This document shows positions 8,036-17,142 of a stretch of 38,293 nucleotides of DNA, piece by piece. The notes under the pieces are model-generated. The model made no database searches, was not told the DNA's origin, and worked only from the letters and a program-made list of their open reading frames with translations. The stretch lies in assembly GCA_040400605.1 (NCBI GenBank), contig JBBAPZ010000001.1, positions 222,544 to 260,836 of the forward strand, read 5' to 3'. Made by a program: the position numbers and the translations under genes. Each line of letters starts with the position of its first letter. Positions within the stretch are counted from its first letter, which is position 1. This stretch comes from Candidatus Sericytochromatia bacterium (GTDB taxonomy: Bacteria; Cyanobacteriota; Sericytochromatia; S15B-MN24; JAQBPE01).

Positions 8036-9433
8036 ATGCCGGAATTGACGAAAACCACAACCAGTGAGTCGGTTGTAGCGGAGGCGATCGCACACTATGA
8101 CGACCTGCTGCGCGCCGCCAACCTCACTGACGCGGATTATGCCGAGTTTCAGGATAAGGTCGTTTCAAACCGCATCACGTTTGGTGGCCGATCATCGTGC
8201 CCCTACCTGCGGCCGCAATTTGTGAGCGCCGAGCAGTGGGAGGCCGTGAAGCAGACGTCTGTCCAGGTCAATGCCGCGATGGACAAGGTTGGTGCGATCA
8301 TTCAGGCCGACCCCTCAATTCGGGAACTCCTGTGTTTAACCGAAGGTGAGCGGACAGTGATTGCCCCGGACCCGGGTTACCCATGGTTGACGCCCACATG
8401 TCGCTATGACTCATTTTTGGGCGAACACCACTTTGCGTATGTCGAACTGAACGCTGAGTGCCCGGCTGGCCCGGCATTTACGACTGCTTTGGCGAATTTG
8501 TGGTTGGAATTGCCGATTATGAAAGCGTTCAAGGAACGCTTTGTTGTCGAGACCTTTGATGTCCGGCAGCCGTTGTTGGCGATGCTCTTGAGGGTGTATG
8601 CGACGTGGCGTGAAAACACCGCGCTTGACCGTCCGGAGCGCCCCACCATTGCAGTGGTTGACTACCTGGATGTACCCACGGTGCAGGAGTTCGAGTTGTG
8701 TCGTGAGTATTTTGAATCGTGCGGTTATCGTACTTTGGTGGCTGATCCACGGGATCTGCGCTATGAAGGCGGTCGTTTGCGTTCCAAAGATGGCGAAGCC
8801 ATTGATCTCGTCTATCGCCGTTTGCTGACGAATGAATTTCTCGACCGTTTTGACGAGTTGCAGGACTTTTGGCTCAGTTATCGCGATGGTGCCGTGTGCG
8901 TCGTGAATCCTTTTCGTTCAAAGCTGTTGCACAAAAAGATGATCTTTGGGATTTTGACCGACCAACGGGTGTTGTCAACGCTCAGCAGCGAGGAGCAGGC
9001 AGCCATCAAGCGGACGGTGCCGTGGACGCGCCTGGTGCGTGCCGGTGAAACGACAACACTGGATGGCCAGACCATTGATTTGTTGCCGTGGATACGGGCG
9101 AATCGGGAGCAACTGGTACTGAAGCCGAATGACGAGTATGGTGGCAAAGGTATATACATCGGTTGGGAATCCAGTGAGTCCCAATGGGAAGCAGGCTTGG
9201 TAGAAGCGCAACAATCGCCCTACGTGGTTCAATGGCGTGTGCACGCGCCTCAGGTGGCTTTCCCGGTGTGGGGCGAAGCAGGACTCACGTGGGAAGTGCA
9301 GACAATTGACCTTGATCCTTATATGTTTTTTGGCGAAGCGTATGGTTTTTTGACGCGTTTATCAACAACGGCGTTGTGCAACGTCACTGCTGGCGGCGGG
9401 ATTGTCCCAACTTTCGTTGTTTCAAAAAAGTGA
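8036..9433 (+). CDS. Circularly permuted ATP-grasp amidoligase (glutathionylspermidine synthase/CP_ATPgrasp-like)
   Basis: RYD...VELNAECPAG in the N-half, then LVYRR, VNP..SKLLHKK, VLKPNDEYGGKG, YVVQ and C-terminal RLS...NVTAGGG. Confidence 0.88.
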   Translation: MPELTKTTTSESVVAEAIAHYDDLLRAANLTDADYAEFQDKVVSNRITFGGRSSCPYLRPQFVSAEQWEAVKQTSVQVNAAMDKVGAIIQADPSIRELLCLTEGERTVIAPDPGYPWLTPTCRYDSFLGEHHFAYVELNAECPAGPAFTTALANLWLELPIMKAFKERFVVETFDVRQPLLAMLLRVYATWRENTALDRPERPTIAVVDYLDVPTVQEFELCREYFESCGYRTLVADPRDLRYEGGRLRSKDGEAIDLVYRRLLTNEFLDRFDELQDFWLSYRDGAVCVVNPFRSKLLHKKMIFGILTDQRVLSTLSSEEQAAIKRTVPWTRLVRAGETTTLDGQTIDLLPWIRANREQLVLKPNDEYGGKGIYIGWESSESQWEAGLVEAQQSPYVVQWRVHAPQVAFPVWGEAGLTWEVQTIDLDPYMFFGEAYGFLTRLSTTALCNVTAGGGIVPTFVVSKK

Positions 9434-9462
9434 GTTCCCTTTCAGTTTGATACGGAGGCCAC

Positions 9463-10599
9463 GTGCTCGAACAATTCACCATTGGTGTTGAAGAGGAGTA
9501 TCAGATTGTCGACCCTGTGACGCGGGAGCTTCGCAGTCATGTGTCGGCGATGTTGGAAGAAGGCGGACGCGTACTGGGTGACCAGATCAAGGCTGAGATG
9601 CATCAGTCGGTGATTGAGGTGGGAACAAACATTTGTCGAAACGTGACGGAGGCACGGGCGGATGTGACCCGGTTACGTTCGACGGTGGCTGCGCTTGCTG
9701 AACGGAGCAATCTGCGGATTGTGGCGGCGTCGACCCATCCGTTCAGTGATTGGCAGAAGCAGGATATCACTGACCGCGATCGTTACCATATGATCGTCGA
9801 GGACTTGCAGGATGTCGCGCGGGGTAACCTGGTGTTTGGCTTGCACGTGCACATTGGCATTCAGGATCGGAACCTGGCAATTGAGATCATGAATGAAGCG
9901 CGGTACTTTTTGCCGCACCTTTTGGCATTGTCAACGTCGTCGCCATTCTGGCTCGGGCGCAAGACCGGGTTGAAGTCGACCCGGTGTTCCGTGTTTAAAA
10001 TGTTTCCTCGCACTGGTGTACCGGATACGTTTTCAAGTTGGAACGACTTTGAGTCGTATGTCGATACGCTGGTCAAGACCCACTGTATTGATGATGGCAA
10101 GCGGATTTGGTGGGATTTGCGGCCACATGCCTTTTTTAACACGATTGAATTCCGGTTATGTGATTTGCCGACTGATGTCAACGACACCTTGGCGATTGTG
10201 GCCCTCATTCAGGCCATTGTTGCGAAGCTTTATGTGTTGCGAAGCAAAAACCAAGGGTTCAGGGTGTATAACCGGGCATTGATTGAAGAAAACAAGTGGC
10301 GGGCGTATCGTTATGGTCTCGACGGCAAGTTGATCGACTTCGGCAAACGTTCGGAATTGCCTGCGCGTGAGTTGATCCTTGAACTGTTAGCGTTTGTTGA
10401 CGAAGTGATTGACCCACTTGGCAGTCGTGGAGAGATCGAGCACATTCATCGCATCTTGGAGCGTGGAACGAGTGCGGATCGGCAATTGGCCGTTTACGAC
10501 GAAACCAACGACCTGCGTGCGGTGGTAGACTGGCTGATTCAGCAGACGCTCAATGGTGTACCCACCTCCGAAACGAATTCCATCTCGCCTGTCTCGTAG
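9463..10599 (+). CDS. Carboxylate-amine ligase, YbdK/GCS2 (glutamate--cysteine ligase 2) family
   Basis: TIGVEEEYQIVD, STHPF, GLHVHIG, SSPFW.G, FPRTG, WWDLRPH and TIEFRLCD motifs. GGAGG RBS. Confidence 0.93.
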   Translation: MLEQFTIGVEEEYQIVDPVTRELRSHVSAMLEEGGRVLGDQIKAEMHQSVIEVGTNICRNVTEARADVTRLRSTVAALAERSNLRIVAASTHPFSDWQKQDITDRDRYHMIVEDLQDVARGNLVFGLHVHIGIQDRNLAIEIMNEARYFLPHLLALSTSSPFWLGRKTGLKSTRCSVFKMFPRTGVPDTFSSWNDFESYVDTLVKTHCIDDGKRIWWDLRPHAFFNTIEFRLCDLPTDVNDTLAIVALIQAIVAKLYVLRSKNQGFRVYNRALIEENKWRAYRYGLDGKLIDFGKRSELPARELILELLAFVDEVIDPLGSRGEIEHIHRILERGTSADRQLAVYDETNDLRAVVDWLIQQTLNGVPTSETNSISPVS

Positions 10600-10676
10600 C
10601 AAAGACTTGGGCGATTCTTAACCACGGTTGTCGTATCAAAACTGAGCATTCGTGCTCTATGCCCGGGAGATTTAAA

Positions 10677-11639
10677 ATGGCACCCAAAAAAATTGGTATC
10701 TTGGTCGGTTTCGAGGACAGTTTTCCTCACGCGTTCATCAAACGTGTCAATGAACTGGAGGGAACAGACATCGTTGCCGAGTTTGTGCGGGTTGGTGCTC
10801 CCAGAATGGGAGAGCCTTCCGGTTATGATCTTATCGTGGATCGCATTTCTCACGAGATTATGACGTACAAACCGTTTTTGAAAAACGCTGTTTTGACGGG
10901 AACCTATGTTGTCAACGATCCGTTCTGGTGGTTGGCGGACGACAAGTTTTTTGACGGTGCGTTGGTCAGCCAACTGGGTGTTGCGCACCCCAAAACCGCA
11001 ATCATTCCGGCAAAGAAACGTTTTCCGAGAACCACCGAGATGTCGTATCGCAACCAGGCATTGGTTGATTGGAAAGAAGTGTTTGATTACATTGGCTTTC
11101 CTGCCATTCTGAAGCCTTATGATGGTGGCGGTTGGCGTAACGTGTACAAGGTCAACAACCCGCAAGAGTTCTTCAGGGCTTATGAAGAGACAGGCACCCT
11201 GGTGATGATTTTGCAGGAATGCATTGATTTCGACGATTATTTCCGGTGTCTCTCGATCGGCAAGGACAACATTTTGCCGATTCGCTATAATCCACGGGCT
11301 TACTTCCACGAGCGTTATGTGGCTGGCCCGGTCAATTATGACGATCCGTTGGTGGCGCGCGTGGTGCGTGATGCCCGAACCATCTGCCACGCGTTGGGTT
11401 ACGATATGAATTCTGTTGAGTTTGCTTGCAAAGATGGCATTCCATACGCCATTGATTTCATGAACCCGGCGCCTGATATGGATTACCATTCCATTCGCCC
11501 TGAGAACTTCGATTGGGTGGTAAATGCCATGGCGGACATGTGCATTCGCTATGTGAAAGAAGGCCGCAAAATGTCCTTGCATCACAACTGGCAAGCGATG
11601 CTGGCTAAGCAGCAACCAGCGCAGGTCGTCCTGCAATAA
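10677..11639 (+). CDS. RimK-like ATP-grasp ligase
   Basis: DRISHE, DDKFF, FPAILKPYDGGGW, LQECI, VEFA and AIDFMNPAPD motifs. GGAGA RBS before ATG 10677. Confidence 0.85.
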   Translation: MAPKKIGILVGFEDSFPHAFIKRVNELEGTDIVAEFVRVGAPRMGEPSGYDLIVDRISHEIMTYKPFLKNAVLTGTYVVNDPFWWLADDKFFDGALVSQLGVAHPKTAIIPAKKRFPRTTEMSYRNQALVDWKEVFDYIGFPAILKPYDGGGWRNVYKVNNPQEFFRAYEETGTLVMILQECIDFDDYFRCLSIGKDNILPIRYNPRAYFHERYVAGPVNYDDPLVARVVRDARTICHALGYDMNSVEFACKDGIPYAIDFMNPAPDMDYHSIRPENFDWVVNAMADMCIRYVKEGRKMSLHHNWQAMLAKQQPAQVVLQ

Positions 11640-11647
11640 TAATCGCC

Positions 11648-11681
11648 GGCCGTCGTTTCCAACGAACTGGATGCGGCGGCC
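11648..11681 (+). terminator. GC-rich stem-loop after the ligase operon (no U-tract)
   Basis: GGCCGTCGTTTCCA / TGGATGCGGCGGCC pair with G-U wobbles around a 6-nt loop. Confidence 0.4.
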
Positions 11682-11773
11682 CGATGACTTCGATTCAGTG
11701 GCTATTGTTGTGATTTCACGGTGATACCTGCTAGCATGGTGTGTTCGAATTGGGTGAGAGAGGGTGTAGCGCC

Positions 11774-12967
11774 GTGAAACGAGGAATACTTGCCGGATTA
11801 GCCGCTGCGAGTTTGTTGTTGTCACAAGGGTGTAGCGCGCTGAGCCAAAGTGGGCAATCCATTGGCAGTGATATCAGTTCCCGTTTTCCTGTCAATTTTG
11901 TTTACACGACTTTGTTCGCGAAAAACGCAATTCTTGAGATCAATTCGATTCAGTCGCGAATCGACCACGATCCGATTCTGGTGCCCAATGGGCCCAGGGC
12001 GTTGGCGATTGATCCGCGCGAGCGCGGCACTTTTCTGTACGTGGTCTGCGAGTTGGGTAACGTTTTGTCGGTGGTGGATCGTCGCACACGCTTGATCAGT
12101 CGGAACATCAATGTCGGGCAACGTCCTTATGACGTGGCCATCTCACCGAATGGCACCCGGGCGTTCGTCACGAACATGGATGACGATACCGTCTCGGTGA
12201 TTGATACCCAGCAAAATATCGTTTTACAAACGGTAGCCCTGAAGCAGCCAACGGGGGCGTCCACGACGCCGGCTGCCCCAACGCTATCAAATGTTCGTTT
12301 ACGCCCGATGGGCATTGCGACGAATGCTACCGGCACCCGGGTCTATGTTGCTTGCGCCAGTGGCTATTTGACTGTGCTTGAGGGCAATCCCGGCACAATC
12401 GTGAGTGGGGATCCGTCGCGAATCAACACAGGCAACAACGGCAGCCCTTATTCTGCGGTTCGCAATATTTTGCTGACGGGAGCGGTGGCACCTTTAAATG
12501 TCGCGGTTGCAAATTTGTCCCAAGAGGGTGAAACCGTCTATATAACGGACCCTCAGAGCAATCGTCTCTTCTTCGCCAACAGTCAGAACCTGAACAGCAT
12601 CCAAACCCAGGAAGTTCAGGGAACGCCTTGGGGTGTTGCGGTGGGACAGAATCCCCTGACGGGCAGACCCGACAAGCTTTATGTGACCCAAGAGTCTTTA
12701 AATGGTATTCGGGTGTTTGATTTGGCGAACATGCAGGGGACCGCGATTCAGACGGAGTTCAAGAACCCGCAGCATGTGGCCGTTTCTCCAAATGGGGATG
12801 AGATTTTCGTTTCAATGAGTGGCAGTAACAATGTCAGTTACAGCCGTCGTACGCTGGATGGTCAAATTCCGCTGAGTCGTTTCGAGGCATTTAACCTGCA
12901 GCAATTGGATCCGCGATTCATTGCGCCTACTGGGGACATCGCTCTCGGTGGTTTCTTGTACCAGTAA
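11774..12967 (+). CDS. YncE/YVTN-family beta-propeller lipoprotein
   Basis: GTG start and lipobox-like LLLSQGC. Repeats such as VGQRPYDVAISPNGTRAFVTNMDDDTVSVID. Confidence 0.85.
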   Translation: MKRGILAGLAAASLLLSQGCSALSQSGQSIGSDISSRFPVNFVYTTLFAKNAILEINSIQSRIDHDPILVPNGPRALAIDPRERGTFLYVVCELGNVLSVVDRRTRLISRNINVGQRPYDVAISPNGTRAFVTNMDDDTVSVIDTQQNIVLQTVALKQPTGASTTPAAPTLSNVRLRPMGIATNATGTRVYVACASGYLTVLEGNPGTIVSGDPSRINTGNNGSPYSAVRNILLTGAVAPLNVAVANLSQEGETVYITDPQSNRLFFANSQNLNSIQTQEVQGTPWGVAVGQNPLTGRPDKLYVTQESLNGIRVFDLANMQGTAIQTEFKNPQHVAVSPNGDEIFVSMSGSNNVSYSRRTLDGQIPLSRFEAFNLQQLDPRFIAPTGDIALGGFLYQ

Positions 12968-12990
12968 GGCCTTGGTGAAAGGGTAGTACT

Positions 12991-14328
12991 GTGACTGCGC
13001 GTGTTGGTCTTGTTAATCTTGGTTGTGCCAAGAACCTGGTTGATTCAGAAATCATGATGGGTCTTTTGGATCAGGCGGGCTTTGAGTTGTTATCGGATGA
13101 GACGCAGGCAGACGTGGTCGTCGTGAACACGTGTGGGTTCTTGCTCAGTGCCGAACAGGAGTCGGTGCAGCGCATACTGGCGTTGGGTGAAGGGGGTGCC
13201 AAAATCGTGATGGCGGGTTGCATGGTGCAGCGTCATCGTGAAGAAGTGTTGGAGGCATTGCCTGAGGTGTCAGCGGCAATTGGGTCCGGTGACCTCAAAC
13301 ACATTGTAAAGGTGGTGGAACGGGTATTGGATGGCGAGCGTTTCAGTGTCATTTCGGAGCGCCCTTCTTATACCTATGATGAGGTATTGCCCCGTGTGCA
13401 GGCGACGATGGGCCCTTCGGCGTACCTGAAGATTTCGGAGGGTTGTGATCACCAATGCGCGTTTTGCATCATTCCCAAATTGCGTGGACCTCATCGCTCT
13501 CGGCCAATTGAAACGATTGTCGCGGAGGCGCGGCAACTTGTCGGAGGTGGCATCAAGGAGTTGGTGTTGATTGCGCAGGACTCAACGCGTTACGGGCTGG
13601 ATATCTATCAGCGTGCTGCGCTTCCGGAGTTGTTGCGCGCACTCAATGACCAGGTCGAGGGCCTGCAATGGATACGGGTTCATTATGCCTATCCGATGTA
13701 TGTTAACGAGGCTTTTTTGACAGCGTTGCGTGAGCTCCCGAAAGTGGCGAAGTACCTTGATATCCCGCTTCAGCATGCGAGTCGTGACGTATTGCGACGG
13801 ATGCGGCGTCCAACCAACGAGTGGGTGGGTGACCTGGTTGATCGCATTCGCGCTCACGTGCCCGGGATTGTGATTCGCACGTCATTCATTGTCGGTTTTC
13901 CCGGTGAAACCGAGGCGGAGTTTGAAGAGCTGTATCAGTTTGTTAAAGACTATCGTTTGGATCATGTCGGTGTGTTTGTTTTTTCGCCAGAGGAGGGCAC
14001 GACTGCGTTCGCACACGAGAAGCGCGTACCCAAACGGATCGCGCAACAACGTCGCTCCCGTTTGATGGCTTTGCAGCAAGAGGTATCGCAGTCAATCCAC
14101 GATACACTCGTTGGCACTCAACTCACAATGCTGGTTGAAGCAGTGGAAAACAAGAGTGGTCTTCTGATTGGTCGTTCGTTTCGTGATGCACCGGATGTTG
14201 ATGGTACGCTATTCGCGCGTTGCGAAAATTTTGATGTTGAGGCGGGGGATCTCATTGAAGTGGCCATCACGGAAGCGAAACCTTACGATCTCCACGGTGT
14301 CGTGGTTGGCACTCACGTAACGGCATGA
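12991..14328 (+). CDS. rimO: Ribosomal protein S12 methylthiotransferase
   Basis: LGCAKNLVDSE, NTCGF, radical-SAM CDHQCAFC, IVGFPGETE and a TRAM domain with APDVDG. Adjacent to pgsA. Confidence 0.96.
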   Translation: MTARVGLVNLGCAKNLVDSEIMMGLLDQAGFELLSDETQADVVVVNTCGFLLSAEQESVQRILALGEGGAKIVMAGCMVQRHREEVLEALPEVSAAIGSGDLKHIVKVVERVLDGERFSVISERPSYTYDEVLPRVQATMGPSAYLKISEGCDHQCAFCIIPKLRGPHRSRPIETIVAEARQLVGGGIKELVLIAQDSTRYGLDIYQRAALPELLRALNDQVEGLQWIRVHYAYPMYVNEAFLTALRELPKVAKYLDIPLQHASRDVLRRMRRPTNEWVGDLVDRIRAHVPGIVIRTSFIVGFPGETEAEFEELYQFVKDYRLDHVGVFVFSPEEGTTAFAHEKRVPKRIAQQRRSRLMALQQEVSQSIHDTLVGTQLTMLVEAVENKSGLLIGRSFRDAPDVDGTLFARCENFDVEAGDLIEVAITEAKPYDLHGVVVGTHVTA

Positions 14329-14876
14329 ACCTTCCCAATTCAATCACGCTGATGCGGCTGTTGATGGTTCTTCCATTCAGCCTTTTGATGGAAGATGAAA
14401 AATACGTTGCAATAGCGGCTTGTATTTTTATGCTGGCTGCCGTGACCGATTGGTTGGATGGTTATCTGGCGCGCCGGCTCAATCAGGTGACCGAATTGGG
14501 CCAGTTACTGGATCCATTGGTGGACAAGGTGCTGGTTGCAGGCGCTTTGACCGCCTTGGTTGGTCATCATGTTGTACCGGCGTGGAGCGTGACCCTGTTA
14601 TTGTTCAGGGAGTTTTTCGTGACCGGTCTGCGTGCTTTGGAAGCCCACCACGGGGTCATCATTCCCGCTGGCATGATGGGTAAGTTAAAAGCCGCTCTCC
14701 AAATGGTTGCTATCATCTTTTTGATGGCCGGCATGATTGCACACGTCTATGCAGACATCGCGGCGTGGATGGGGCAAGCGTTGTATTGGCTGTCATTCGC
14801 CCTGAGTGTCACCTCTGCGTTTGAATATGCGTGGCAATCAAGGCGCCTGTGGCAAGCATCCGAACCTCGGATTTGA
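14325..14876 (+). CDS. pgsA: CDP-diacylglycerol--glycerol-3-phosphate 3-phosphatidyltransferase
   Basis: MNLPN.IT..R and TDWLDGYLARR...GQLLDPLVDK signature. Confidence 0.95.
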   Translation: MNLPNSITLMRLLMVLPFSLLMEDEKYVAIAACIFMLAAVTDWLDGYLARRLNQVTELGQLLDPLVDKVLVAGALTALVGHHVVPAWSVTLLLFREFFVTGLRALEAHHGVIIPAGMMGKLKAALQMVAIIFLMAGMIAHVYADIAAWMGQALYWLSFALSVTSAFEYAWQSRRLWQASEPRI

Positions 14877-14996
14877 GCGTGTGTTTCAAACGGTCGGTAT
14901 GGTGGTGTTGCTGAATCTGTTCACGATGAGGCACCAATCGCGACAGAAATTGAGCCACGAACACGTGACAGTTGCGTGCAGGAAACGGTGATCCGG

Positions 14997-15100
14997 TGTC
15001 GCATCGATTTCTGTCCAAAGCCTGGTCAGAAAACACAAAAACATCAAATAATCACACGCTGTTGTCAAAAGACAGCAAATTTTTAATCACCAATCAGCGC
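14997..15100 (+). repeat. Dispersed 104-bp intergenic element, copy 2
   Basis: Aligns without gaps to 35315-35418 (65/104 identical, hand count). Shared blocks include TTTCTGT, AAAACATC, TCAC and ATCACCAnTCAnCGC. Confidence 0.85.
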
Positions 15101-15350
15101 GTTTCTGTATCGCTGCCCGGTTATCATCGTTTCGTTGTCGAACCCGGTGTTGATTTCGTTGATTGTTCGTTAAATGGTGGTCGACAGATGAGACTTTTTC
15201 TCGCGTGATTTGGTCACGCTTCGACGTCGAACCCTAATCGTTCTGCGTGGCGTATCAACAAAACTGGTGATGCTGTTTTTGCTTGGTCGATAAACCCCTG
15301 CTTGCATTGGGTACATCACCCTTGGTGCAGGCATTGAGTAAAGGGCGACC

Positions 15351-17141
15351 GTGATAGCACGTTGGAAATCCTGGTTGAGACAGTTTACATTGAAGTCTTC
15401 ACAGCAGCAACCACGTGAAGCCAGGCTGGAATTGGCGCAGGTAATTCAAGACGCCAAAGTGAGGGAAGGAGGATATAAGCTGCTGTTTGAACAGCTTGCG
15501 TTTGCGTTGCAGGCAGCGGAGAGCCGTATACCGATTGATCGTCAGACCGTTCCGCTTAATCTGCCGCTGGGGCCGAGTAAAATCAAGGAATTGGCAGCGC
15601 AGCTTAAACTGTCAACCTTTCTTCGTGGCAACATTGAGGCATTGCTCTTTCATTTTCGAGAGAATCAGAGAGACTTGCGCAATGCGGAAAAAGCGGCCAA
15701 TCTGTTGAATGATCATCCCTCGCTCAAAGTTCGTCCCGAGGCCATTGGTTTGGTGAGGGAATTGTTTCAGTTTATGGGCGCCAGTCGCGAAAAATTTCGG
15801 GATTACCCATTATTTTTTCAATTGCTTGCAGACTCCAATGACGGGGATGACGCGAGTTTTACGCCCATCCCGGAAGAATTGCAGTATCTGCTGACGCAAG
15901 CTGATGCATCGGATTTGCCGGAAGGGCAGCTGGGTCTGTTGGAATCTGCCACGGAGGTGTCATCGCGCGGTTCTGGCATTGGGGGGGCCGGTTTGGCGAG
16001 TCCGATCCTGGATGTTGTGGTGCCACCGGCGTTATTGTTGGAGGTGGGACTTGATTTGTTGCCGTTGATCGACCCATCCCTTGGTAGCGATTTTATTGAC
16101 AAGGTTGCAGAGGTGAGGGAGGAGTTGGCGCAAACCTTGGGATTGGTTTTGCCTGCGGTTCAATTGCGTTACAACGAAGCGCTGTCACAAGGTTGTTATG
16201 CATTTCAGATACGTGGCAACACGGTTGGCAGCGGTGACATCATGGTTGGCTACCATTTGGCCGTGCCACTTGATCCGACCGAAACGCTTGAGTCGGAGTT
16301 TTCGATCGTTGGATTTCCGACCCACGACAGTGTAACAGGGCACACAGCGCTGTGGGTGACGCGTCAAGAAGGTCGACGGGCGGCACGGTGCGGCTATGAT
16401 GTCATCGAAACGGCGCAGGTTTTGGTGCGACATCTCAAGGAGATTGCCTATGGTCATGCGTCGGAGATTCTTTCGCTGGAGGATGTTAACGCCACGCTAA
16501 ACCATTTGCGCGAGCGCATTCCTGTCACAATTGAGACGCTGATACCTGACAAGCTTGATATTGCGGACTACCATCTGATTTTGAAAATCCTTTTAAGGGA
16601 ACGGGTGAGCATTCGGGACCAGGTCACGATTTTAGAGTGTCTTAACCATAAAGCAAAGCCACCCCATCCGCTTTATCTGATGGACCGGTTTGGGGATGGC
16701 AAAGCCTCGATGGAGTCGCTGATGTTACTGGAGTTGTCGGCGCAGATTCGTCCACTAACGGATGCGAGTGTTTTGTCTGAACTGGTGCGGCAAGGATTGA
16801 GTCGACAAATTTGTGAAGCGCTGACGGATGCACAAGCTACCATTGATGTGGTCAGTTTGTCTGGAGCGGTCGAGGCGGTCATCGCGGAGGCTATTCGCAC
16901 GCACGCAACGGGGCAGAGTTTACAGTTGCCGACTGCGAAATCGGAATGGTTGGTTGGTCGTGTCTTGGCGGAATGTCATGGCAAAGCGGTGCCGGTATTG
17001 ATCTGCGACGCAAGAATCAGACCATTCGTCAAGCAATTGACCAGCCGCGCGCTGCCCAAGCTTCACGTACTGGCGCGTAGCGAGTTGCACCCAGACTATC
17101 GCATTCACGTGGTGGGAACGATATCACCGACCGACCCGTAA
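15351..17141 (+). CDS. FHIPEP (FlhA/SctV cytoplasmic) domain protein lacking the transmembrane domain
   Basis: From about residue 228: LLLEVGLDLLPLID...REELAQTLGLVLPAV, ALWV, LLRERVSIRD, ELVRQGLSRQI, VLARSEL. No transmembrane-like segments in the N-terminal ~225 aa. Confidence 0.88.
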   Translation: MIARWKSWLRQFTLKSSQQQPREARLELAQVIQDAKVREGGYKLLFEQLAFALQAAESRIPIDRQTVPLNLPLGPSKIKELAAQLKLSTFLRGNIEALLFHFRENQRDLRNAEKAANLLNDHPSLKVRPEAIGLVRELFQFMGASREKFRDYPLFFQLLADSNDGDDASFTPIPEELQYLLTQADASDLPEGQLGLLESATEVSSRGSGIGGAGLASPILDVVVPPALLLEVGLDLLPLIDPSLGSDFIDKVAEVREELAQTLGLVLPAVQLRYNEALSQGCYAFQIRGNTVGSGDIMVGYHLAVPLDPTETLESEFSIVGFPTHDSVTGHTALWVTRQEGRRAARCGYDVIETAQVLVRHLKEIAYGHASEILSLEDVNATLNHLRERIPVTIETLIPDKLDIADYHLILKILLRERVSIRDQVTILECLNHKAKPPHPLYLMDRFGDGKASMESLMLLELSAQIRPLTDASVLSELVRQGLSRQICEALTDAQATIDVVSLSGAVEAVIAEAIRTHATGQSLQLPTAKSEWLVGRVLAECHGKAVPVLICDARIRPFVKQLTSRALPKLHVLARSELHPDYRIHVVGTISPTDP

Positions 17142-17142
17142 A

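Noticed and set aside
10539..11825. 428-aa minus-strand ORF and other long antisense ORFs in the track
   Set aside because: They are shadows of well-supported genes on the opposite strand and show no recognisable motifs.
15286..15293. sigma28-like -10 (GTCGATAA) upstream of the FHIPEP gene
   Set aside because: No TAAA -35 element at the required spacing.
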